From the sequence record MW735835.1: 64,000 nucleotides of DNA; one strand, given 5' to 3'. This document shows positions 57,631 through 64,000 of this stretch, piece by piece (within the stretch, counting starts at the first letter, position 1; each line of letters starts with the position of its first letter). Under the pieces are notes generated by a model. The model worked only from the letters and a program-made list of their open reading frames with translations. It did not search any database and was not told the origin of the DNA. The translations under genes and the position numbers were made by a program.

Positions 57631-57932
57631 TATAGTATGCAAGTCTTGCTCACTTACTCGGGAAGGAAAGAGAAGGGGGTAAGACTAATGACGAACGAAG
57701 TGAGGAATTAGTCTGGGGGATGAGATAGGAAGGGTATAGTCTGCCGTGTTGGTGGCTATCTGGAGGGAGAGGTTACTCGACCGGAGGAGAGACAACACAC
57801 GAGCCCTTCTAGTGAGGCGAAGCCTCACCTTATATAGATTTTGGGATGACGACCCAAGTGATATGGCAATTTTCGTAGAGAAAAACTTTTAGACCTCCGC
57901 CCCAGTCAGCGCAAGCTGACGTTTTTATTTTT
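57631..57932 (+). ncRNA. Candidate non-coding RNA or cis-acting DNA locus
   Basis: ORF-free; TATAGTATG at 57631-57639; several hairpins; ends in GTCAGC-GCAA-GCTGAC plus a T-tract at 57905-57932. Confidence 0.35.
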
Positions 57933-57973
57933 GATGTCTGGATACTGTATAGCTTCGGCAATGGAGAAAACAC

Positions 57974-58459
57974 ATGAACCTGTTTGTATCGTTGGAGGAA
58001 GTGCTTTCTCCGATTGGTGAACCCAAAGCTCCGACTGTGGGCCTGCTGGTCCAAGACTGGGACGAGAACGTCACAGGTGTGGCGGAGCAAGTGGTCAACC
58101 TGGGCTATGGGGTCCAGCTGATCCCGGCGGGGGCGAAGTACTCCCCTGAAGGCATCGGTCACACCACCATGACCAAGAGCGCCAAAGAGAAGACACCCCA
58201 GTCGATCTCTGAACGCCGTGAGGACCATGGGGATGAAGGGGACAACGATGTCCCTGATCCTCGCAACTTCCCGCATCAGCCTCAAGTCCTGTTCTACTAC
58301 AAGGGCAAACCGGAAGATGCCGCAGAAGGAATCCCTGTCCTGGTCGCTGAGGATGGGAAAGTCAAAGTCAGCGTCGAAGGGCGCGTCAAGGAGTTGGCCG
58401 AGTACCTCGGCATGCTCGAGGAGAATGACAATGATCCAGGCGATCATGAATATCGTTGA
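57974..58459 (+). CDS. Hypothetical acidic protein (161 aa)
   Basis: GGAGA SD. Confidence 0.7.
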   Translation: MNLFVSLEEVLSPIGEPKAPTVGLLVQDWDENVTGVAEQVVNLGYGVQLIPAGAKYSPEGIGHTTMTKSAKEKTPQSISERREDHGDEGDNDVPDPRNFPHQPQVLFYYKGKPEDAAEGIPVLVAEDGKVKVSVEGRVKELAEYLGMLEENDNDPGDHEYR

Positions 58460-58760
58460 ATGGCTGTTGGTGTTGTTCGTTCTGTGGATGGCGGTGTACC
58501 CGTACATTGCGTATTTCCACAGTGAAAGGACCTTCAAGGGCATCCTAGTGGAGAATGGGGCGGGATACCTCATTGTCCTGGCCAGTAAGCTGCACAAGCA
58601 GTTCGTGGAGATCGTAGCGACGTTGGCCATTGTGGCCTTCTTGGCTGCGTGCTTCCCGAAGTTTGCTTACGCCGTGGCGATCTGGTTCTTCCAGGTGGCG
58701 GTCGTGTGCCACACTGCCCTCAAGGCAGGGCATGAACCGTACGTCACTGAGATCGGCTAG
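58446..58760 (+). CDS. Multi-pass membrane protein (104 aa)
   Basis: Start reassigned to MNIVEWLLVLF; about three hydrophobic segments. Confidence 0.7.
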   Translation: MNIVEWLLVLFVLWMAVYPYIAYFHSERTFKGILVENGAGYLIVLASKLHKQFVEIVATLAIVAFLAACFPKFAYAVAIWFFQVAVVCHTALKAGHEPYVTEIG

Positions 58761-58768
58761 GAGCTGCC

Positions 58769-59260
58769 ATGGATAAGATCGTTCCCTTGAATCGTGCCAT
58801 CACCGCGATGTGCCGAGCCACTGCTGCGGTCCACCCGACCAATGTCACGTTGGCCTGGACCATCTACAAAGTGCCGGCGTTCTTCCTGGCTCAGCGTCAA
58901 GCAGATCAGGTGGCGTATGCATACCCGCTCACCTTGGCCCGTTTGATGTACTGGTTCGGCGATGCTCCGGTCAATGCGGCGCTGCATGCCCAGTGGCCTG
59001 AGACCATCAACCGTGACAAGCGCATGATCCTCGAGGCTTTGTTCAAACGTGTGATGATGCACGTGGATGAGATCCTCGACAGCGTCTCCCACCCAGCCGA
59101 TTGGCCCTCGTTGCCACCGGCCAGCACGGAATCGTTGGAGATCGCCCGTATCCTCCTTGCCTTCGAAGACTTCTTCACCAAGGCGATGGAGAGTGGGGAG
59201 ATCCCCGATACCGAGGAATGGTGGAAAGCCTTGACCGTCAAGGTCGAACCACAAGTCTAA
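58769..59260 (+). CDS. Hypothetical protein (163 aa)
   Basis: TAGGAG SD. Confidence 0.75.
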   Translation: MDKIVPLNRAITAMCRATAAVHPTNVTLAWTIYKVPAFFLAQRQADQVAYAYPLTLARLMYWFGDAPVNAALHAQWPETINRDKRMILEALFKRVMMHVDEILDSVSHPADWPSLPPASTESLEIARILLAFEDFFTKAMESGEIPDTEEWWKALTVKVEPQV

Positions 59261-59294
59261 CATAGCGGAGGGCCTAGGCCCTCCGCTTATGCCG
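59261..59294 (+). terminator. Perfect 24-bp palindrome plus TATGCCG
   Basis: CAT-AGCGGAGGGCCTAGGCCCTCCGCT-TATGCCG. Confidence 0.75.
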
Positions 59295-59317
59295 CCTCAC
59301 CGAATTCTATTCGAATA

Positions 59318-59336
59318 TTTTTCAGCAATACATAGT
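59318..59336 (+). promoter_or_regulatory. Candidate early-type promoter TTTTTCAGCAATACATAGT
   Basis: Motif family member upstream of the second small-ORF array. Confidence 0.55.
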
Positions 59337-59392
59337 CACAGTGAGCATGGATAAACCTGCTCGACAATTACCTGTTCTTAGGAGAACAAACA

Positions 59393-59761
59393 ATGCAACA
59401 CGCCAAAATGATGGACATCGCTCGTGCCGTTGTAGCCAATGGCTTCAAAGTCGTGGACGATCACAGCCCGAATGGGAGCCTGGAATCCCTAGCGGCAGTG
59501 GGCTATCACTACCGTGGCGAGCGTATGCACGTTGTTGCCCTGTACGAGAACACCCCGTACTTCAGCATCAACGAAGTGTACATCGACGAAGAAACCGGCA
59601 AGCCTCATCTGAGCCGGACCTCTGTCGGTGGCGTCATCAAACCCCAAGGCGATCTGGAAGCTGGCATCGAGCAATACAACGAAAGCCAGAAAGCCTATCG
59701 CTCCAACAATCCTGCGTACATCGGCGAAGTGTTCCGCGCCGAAGAAGGAGAAGCAGCATGA
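59393..59761 (+). CDS. Hypothetical protein (122 aa)
   Basis: TAGGAGA SD. Confidence 0.75.
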   Translation: MQHAKMMDIARAVVANGFKVVDDHSPNGSLESLAAVGYHYRGERMHVVALYENTPYFSINEVYIDEETGKPHLSRTSVGGVIKPQGDLEAGIEQYNESQKAYRSNNPAYIGEVFRAEEGEAA

Positions 59762-59877
59762 AAGAATCCACCAAGAACGAACTGAAGTTCTTCGGTCGTG
59801 TCGCCGCCATGGCAGCCGTCTCTGCGGTTGTCGGTGCTGTAGTCGGCCACTGCGTGCGTAAAGCACTCAACGGCTAA
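59758..59877 (+). CDS. Small single-TM protein (39 aa)
   Basis: ATGA overlap, GAAGGAG SD; VAAMAAVSAVVGAVVG helix. Confidence 0.7.
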   Translation: MKESTKNELKFFGRVAAMAAVSAVVGAVVGHCVRKALNG

Positions 59878-59933
59878 CCCAACCGGGGGAGGGCAACCTC
59901 CCCTATCCATCCATCCCATTCGGAGAAAACATC

Positions 59934-60065
59934 ATGGGACGTTTCCTGTTCGGCGTACTCTGCGGTCTCGGCCTCGCTGCTTACATCCAGAGCGAGAAAG
60001 AGAAAGCTGCAAAGAAAGCCACCGAAGAACCGGCCAAGCCGGCTGCTGAACCCGCTGCGTCGTAA
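59934..60065 (+). CDS. Small single-TM protein (43 aa)
   Basis: GGAGA SD; MGRFLFGVLCGLGLAAYI then a Lys/Glu/Ala/Pro tail; not in the ORF track. Confidence 0.7.
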   Translation: MGRFLFGVLCGLGLAAYIQSEKEKAAKKATEEPAKPAAEPAAS

Positions 60066-60105
60066 GACGCAGCACCCATCCTCACTAGCACTGCAAGGAA
60101 AGATC

Positions 60106-60261
60106 ATGAGCACATTGGATAAAGTCGTTCTGGGTGTAGGCGGCACTATCATTGCCGGTTCCACCATCGCCCTTGCGGTGCTGTGGAAGAAACACGGCAC
60201 ATACACCAAAACCGTAGAAGGCGACAAGGTCACTCGTCGCTGGACCTTCAACGCTAAGTAA
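60106..60261 (+). CDS. Small single-TM protein (51 aa)
   Basis: AAGGA SD; VVLGVGGTIIAGSTIALAVLW then KK; not in the ORF track. Confidence 0.7.
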   Translation: MSTLDKVVLGVGGTIIAGSTIALAVLWKKHGTYTKTVEGDKVTRRWTFNAK

Positions 60262-60285
60262 TAACCCGATCTCTGGAGATCCACT

Positions 60286-60630
60286 ATGAACACCGCACTC
60301 GCTATCATCGACATCCTGCTGGCTGTTACCTCGGTCTTCGGCCTGCTGACCACCGCCGCGATGTACATCTTCTTCTGGAAGAAAGGCCAACTCACCGTGT
60401 CGGAAATCTACGACATGCTGATGATGTCCATCGTCCTCAGCTGCTTCAGCAAGAACTGGCTGACTGCTGTGAATTGGGCCTTAGCTGGTGTAGGCTTCGG
60501 CATCCTGTCGTACTACAACCACTTCTGGTTCATCAATGTCTCTGTCGTTGCCTGCGTCGGCTACCTGCTGATCGTCGGCTTCCTGTGGAAAGTCGTCCAC
60601 AACAAAAAGAAAGCTGCTCCGGCAGTCTGA
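60286..60630 (+). CDS. Multi-pass membrane protein (114 aa)
   Basis: CTGGAGA SD; about four hydrophobic helices, basic C-terminus. Confidence 0.8.
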   Translation: MNTALAIIDILLAVTSVFGLLTTAAMYIFFWKKGQLTVSEIYDMLMMSIVLSCFSKNWLTAVNWALAGVGFGILSYYNHFWFINVSVVACVGYLLIVGFLWKVVHNKKKAAPAV

Positions 60631-60637
60631 CGGAATA

Positions 60638-60683
60638 AGAGCCGGGGCATGCGCCCCGGCTCTAGTCCTTCTTTTTTTCTTTT
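60638..60683. terminator. Intrinsic terminator between convergent genes
   Basis: AGAGCCGGGGC-atgc-GCCCCGGCTCT then a T-rich run. Confidence 0.75.
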
Positions 60684-60747
60684 TTGCTCCAGTAAAGAAA
60701 TACGCAAGTGAGCCATACTCTGAGAGACTGGTTCCTGCTTCTTTCTG

Positions 60748-61575
60748 TTACCGGCGCGAGCCTACCACGTAACGGAGGAGTCGTCGGTGCTGGTCTTTGT
60801 TCGCCATCACGCCGGACTTTCTCCACTTCTCAGTGAAGAACTCCTTGTACATCTGGTTGGCATCGGCGTAGGTGTCGATGATCTCCCGGATGCGGCCCAG
60901 GGACGCACCACCACGGATCGCACCTTCATCCAATGGGATGACGGTCTTGTTGAAGATCCAGGCTTTGCAGGCCAGCGTCACCATCTCGCTGAACTTGTCC
61001 GCCCACAAGCCCGAGATGTTCGCGAGGTTCGGGTCGTGAGTGACCAAGCAGCGCAGGAAACTGATGCCCGGGACACGGTTCATGTTGGTGACCATCACGG
61101 TGTTGTCCGCCACCAGCGTGCAGTACGCGCTCTGCACTTGCGTCCAGGCAGCGTTGGATTGCATCACTCCAGCGGCTGCTTCCAGTACCATCGACCGGTC
61201 CTCGGAGATCACCCCCACGTTCCCCAACGTGTGTCCTTGGCCATAGCTGAGGCCATAGACCTCGGTGATGCTCCGGCCCTGGGTGAGTTCTTTTGGGATG
61301 CGGTAGATGTAGGTCCAGTTATCGACCCGTTCGCCGGGCACGTTGGTCAGCGGCAGGAAGACTTCGACACCCGAACAGAGGTTCATGTCTACCAGCACGC
61401 GGCCTTCGATGATCTGGCGGCGGATCACGGTATCGTTGCTGATACCGGTGGAGTAATCGCGAATCAGACCTTGTTTGGTCGGATCGTAACGAGTCGGCGA
61501 GAAGGCGTAACGAAGCACTTCTTGCGGAATCTCGAAGTTTCTGAGCCTGTCAAGGGCTACGGTGATAAGGTCCAT
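60748..61575 (-). CDS. Putative virion structural protein (275 aa; phiKZ gp32-like)
   Basis: Start reassigned to MDLITVAL after a GAGG SD; family call from memory only. Confidence 0.5.
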   Translation of the reverse strand: MDLITVALDRLRNFEIPQEVLRYAFSPTRYDPTKQGLIRDYSTGISNDTVIRRQIIEGRVLVDMNLCSGVEVFLPLTNVPGERVDNWTYIYRIPKELTQGRSITEVYGLSYGQGHTLGNVGVISEDRSMVLEAAAGVMQSNAAWTQVQSAYCTLVADNTVMVTNMNRVPGISFLRCLVTHDPNLANISGLWADKFSEMVTLACKAWIFNKTVIPLDEGAIRGGASLGRIREIIDTYADANQMYKEFFTEKWRKSGVMANKDQHRRLLRYVVGSRR

Positions 61576-61636
61576 TGTGAGTGCCTCAATGAAGACGAAG
61601 GTACACATGATGGGTGTCAACATAAGGAGCGCACTC

Positions 61637-62359
61637 GTGCAACAAGAAACGGCCCACCTCTGGGATAGCTTGCAGTACCGTCAGGAAATGCATGATCGAC
61701 TGTTCCACAGCGACATCTACAACCTGGCCAAGCCCCACCGCCTGACCCACTTGGTTCTGCATCAGGCCAAGTACGTGTCGCGCTACCACATGGCCCTCAA
61801 GGATGCCGATGCGTTCCGTAAGACCTACTCGGACAAGTCGGAAACCACCACGTTGCCCGAGGGCCACATCACTGAAGCCGTGAGGCGACTGACCATCGAC
61901 GGGGTGATCATCTGCCTGTCCACGTTGAACGTCTGCAACCGCAAGATGTCCGACCTGCTCGACAAGTACATGATCTGGGATCTGAACGAATGTGCTGATC
62001 AACTGATCGTCTCCATGGGCAAGATGGCCAAGACTGTGGAAGACATCGACCACATGGCGCAGATCCGTCCGCTGGGCACCATGGTCGAACTGACAAAGGT
62101 CATGACCCAGGCGTACATCAACCTGTGGACCTTCTCCAGTGACCGAGATGGCGTTAATCATTTGCTAGAAGCATGCTACCATCGGCTGAACGAGGTAGAG
62201 CGGAAGCACATCTTCGCCGATCAGCTCCAGACCGAGATGCTCGTCAGTATCAACGAACATCGCAAGCGCACCGGCCATCCGACCGTGACCCCATCTGCCG
62301 CCTACATGGACATCGCTGTATGGCGCAGTGGTAATGGCGGCGGTGCCGTCTCCGGCTAA
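61637..62359 (+). CDS. MazG-like all-alpha NTP pyrophosphohydrolase (putative)
   Basis: GTG start after AAGGAG; Q..HD..FH.DI..L....RL.HL.LH..KY and a D..II.LS..N helical pattern. Confidence 0.45.
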   Translation: MQQETAHLWDSLQYRQEMHDRLFHSDIYNLAKPHRLTHLVLHQAKYVSRYHMALKDADAFRKTYSDKSETTTLPEGHITEAVRRLTIDGVIICLSTLNVCNRKMSDLLDKYMIWDLNECADQLIVSMGKMAKTVEDIDHMAQIRPLGTMVELTKVMTQAYINLWTFSSDRDGVNHLLEACYHRLNEVERKHIFADQLQTEMLVSINEHRKRTGHPTVTPSAAYMDIAVWRSGNGGGAVSG

Positions 62360-62365
62360 TCGAAC

Positions 62366-62385
62366 TTTCCACAATGATACATTAT
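62366..62385 (+). promoter_or_regulatory. Candidate early-type promoter TTTCCACAATGATACATTAT
   Basis: Motif family member upstream of phuZ. Confidence 0.6.
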
Positions 62386-62427
62386 CTTTGTGCACATACT
62401 TCAACCACCTCCGTGAGGAAGCAACAC

Positions 62428-63420
62428 ATGAATCAGAACAACGGCCTCTCTACCCGCCCCGTCGGCAAGATCCGCATCTACGGTTGCGGTGGTGGTGGCG
62501 TGAACATCGGTAAGGAATACCTGGATCAGGGTCACAGTGGCGACATCGCCAACATCGAGGCCTGCTTCATCGATACCTCCGACGCCAACCTGGAAGACCG
62601 CCTGATCGACAAGACCTGGCTGTTCGACGACCTCGATGGCTCCGGCGCCGTTCGCCAGACCAACGTGGCCGCCATCCAGAAAGCAATTCCCGACATCATC
62701 CGCAAGTTCCCGGCGGCCGACGTCAACATCGTGATCTTCACCCTGGCCGGCGGCACCGGCTCGGTCGCAGGTCCGCTGCTACTGCAACAACTGCTGGCCG
62801 ACGGCCACATGGCGGTCGCCATCGTCATCGGTGCCAAGCACTCCGGCCGTAACGCCGAGAACACTCTGGCCACCGTCAAGACCCTGGACGCCATCCGTCA
62901 CGTCACCGGCAAGCCGGTCGTCATGCACCTGGGCATCAACTCCACCAACGCGCCGACCGATGACGGCGTGGACCGTGAAGCTCATCTGATGATCACCTCG
63001 CTGGCCATGCTGTGCTCCCGCCGTAACCATCGCCTGGACACCGCCGACCTGCGTTCGCTGTTCGACTTCACCAAGTCCACCAGCGCCCCGGCTCAGATGT
63101 GCCGTCTGCACGTGACCGACAACACCGAAGCCTTCAACAAGGTGATGAAGACCGGCCCGCTGGCCGCTGCGTACCTGCTGCGCCAGTCCACCGACCCGGT
63201 ACCGGATCTGTTCGTGCCTTACAGCACCTACGGCACCATGCCGGCCATCGCCCAGGCCAGTGGCAGCCTGTTCTTCGGCATCGAGAGCGGTTCGATGGTT
63301 GAACTGCACAAGCTGGTCGCTGACCTGCAAAAAGAAGTCGAAACCCAGAAGCGGGCGGCTACCCAAGCCACCAACTTCGTCGATGCTCCGCCGGCCGGCG
63401 GCAGCGTCCTGGTCTTCTGA
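62428..63420 (+). CDS. phuZ: Phage tubulin PhuZ (330 aa)
   Basis: GCGGGGVNI, IDTSDAN, tubulin signature AGGTGS, T7-loop LDTADL; start reassigned to MNQNNG after a GAGGA SD. Confidence 0.93.
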   Translation: MNQNNGLSTRPVGKIRIYGCGGGGVNIGKEYLDQGHSGDIANIEACFIDTSDANLEDRLIDKTWLFDDLDGSGAVRQTNVAAIQKAIPDIIRKFPAADVNIVIFTLAGGTGSVAGPLLLQQLLADGHMAVAIVIGAKHSGRNAENTLATVKTLDAIRHVTGKPVVMHLGINSTNAPTDDGVDREAHLMITSLAMLCSRRNHRLDTADLRSLFDFTKSTSAPAQMCRLHVTDNTEAFNKVMKTGPLAAAYLLRQSTDPVPDLFVPYSTYGTMPAIAQASGSLFFGIESGSMVELHKLVADLQKEVETQKRAATQATNFVDAPPAGGSVLVF

Positions 63421-63427
63421 CCCACAC

Positions 63428-63467
63428 GGACTGTGGAGCTAACCCCTCCACAGTCCTTATGCCGTGT
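63428..63467 (+). terminator. Hairpin plus TATGCCGTGT
   Basis: GGACTGTGGAG-ctaaccc-CTCCACAGTCC-t-TATGCCGTGT. Confidence 0.7.
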
Positions 63468-63487
63468 TACCGAGACAAGGAGATTCC

Positions 63488-63964
63488 ATGTCATCCACCC
63501 ATCCTGGCTACATCAGCGCTGCTCGCCTCGAAGACCTGCGCGACCTGTGCCAACCATCGCAGTTCAATACCACCGAAGAAGCCCACAGCGCCCTGCATAA
63601 CGGCATTATCGGTCTGCTCAAGAATACCGACAAACTCTGGGTCGATGCCCGGCGTTTGATCCCCGGTGACATGTTCATGAACGACGACGCCAGCGGTCGC
63701 GTGTTCATCGTCAAGGATCGTTTCTTCCATTACACCCACCATACCCGGCTGTCTCAGCGTATGGTGTTCGGTGAACCCCAAACCCCGCACGGGACCAACG
63801 TCCTGCAAGGCGAGTACCTCGAACTCTCCCTCAAGGACACTGTGCCCGGCGCATCGTTCTACGCATGCGTTCACACTGGTCTGATTTACAGCGCTGTCGC
63901 AGACAAAGACCCCTTCCCGGATTACAAGATCGGGAAGTCCGTTTACCTCATCACTAAGCCCTAA
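63488..63964 (+). CDS. Hypothetical protein (158 aa)
   Basis: AAGGAGA SD before ATG 63488. Confidence 0.75.
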   Translation: MSSTHPGYISAARLEDLRDLCQPSQFNTTEEAHSALHNGIIGLLKNTDKLWVDARRLIPGDMFMNDDASGRVFIVKDRFFHYTHHTRLSQRMVFGEPQTPHGTNVLQGEYLELSLKDTVPGASFYACVHTGLIYSAVADKDPFPDYKIGKSVYLITKP

Positions 63965-63976
63965 CAGGAGACCATC

Positions 63977-64000
63977 ATGTCCCAGAAGAAAGAACTGATC
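63977..64000 (+). CDS. Start of next ORF (partial)
   Basis: CAGGAG SD then ATG TCC CAG AAG AAA at the window edge. Confidence 0.5.

Noticed and set aside
57622-57734. G-quadruplex from four G-runs
   Set aside because: The runs are 12-48 nt apart, too far for a canonical quadruplex. Kept only as part of the purine-skew observation.
18271-59287. Palindromes as REP/MITE mobile elements
   Set aside because: The stem sequences differ between copies, there are no target duplications, and positions track gene ends. This fits terminators, not mobile repeats.
60286-60630. 114-aa membrane protein as holin
   Set aside because: The topology is compatible, but it sits in an early-type unit with no endolysin nearby, so the evidence is insufficient.
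1-64000. tRNA, rRNA, CRISPR array, group I intron or intein, homing endonuclease, transposase
   Set aside because: No cloverleaf, spaced direct-repeat array, interrupted RNAP or terminase frame, or HNH/GIY-YIG/LAGLIDADG/DDE motif was seen by eye. A tRNAscan/Infernal run would be needed to be certain.
1-64000. Stop-codon reassignment
   Set aside because: Conserved genes are full length under the standard code, and TAA, TGA and TAG all end genes at sensible positions.

Overview
This is a 64 kb segment of a GC-rich phiKZ/SPN3US-type jumbo myophage (Chimalliviridae-like, nucleus-forming group). The family call is by recognition of motifs and gene order, not by database search. Left to right: a partial virion gene, PAAR tip and central spike, SbcC/Rad50 ATPase, a candidate spanin pair, RNase H, RecA/UvsX, the virion RNA polymerase (vRNAP) beta-C piece, a NADAR-like gene, a 2106-aa tail protein with a lytic transglycosylase domain, vRNAP beta'-N, beta-N and beta'-C pieces, the prohead protease, processed head proteins, an early-type accessory cluster, tail tube, tail sheath, three large virion proteins, large terminase, a second accessory region, a MazG-like gene and the tubulin PhuZ. 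I found no tRNA, rRNA, CRISPR array, intron, intein or transposon. Major capsid, portal, chimallin and vRNAP beta'-M are not in the window. The signals least explained by the gene list are: (1) a strand-polar family of intergenic hairpins followed by TATG(C/T)(C/T)G, usually without a U-tract; (2) a ~400 bp ORF-free, purine-skewed, hairpin-rich locus at 57.6-57.97 kb between a late-promoter-like motif and an intrinsic terminator; (3) two arrays of tiny single-membrane-helix ORFs, most missed by the ORF track, behind a shared early-promoter-like motif; (4) a possible HU-like protein with a structured leader; (5) candidate anti-defence enzymes (NADAR-like, MazG-like); (6) a triplet of protease-type VSME motifs inside the vRNAP beta subunit. 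Many start codons were moved from the ORF track using Shine-Dalgarno (SD) placement.
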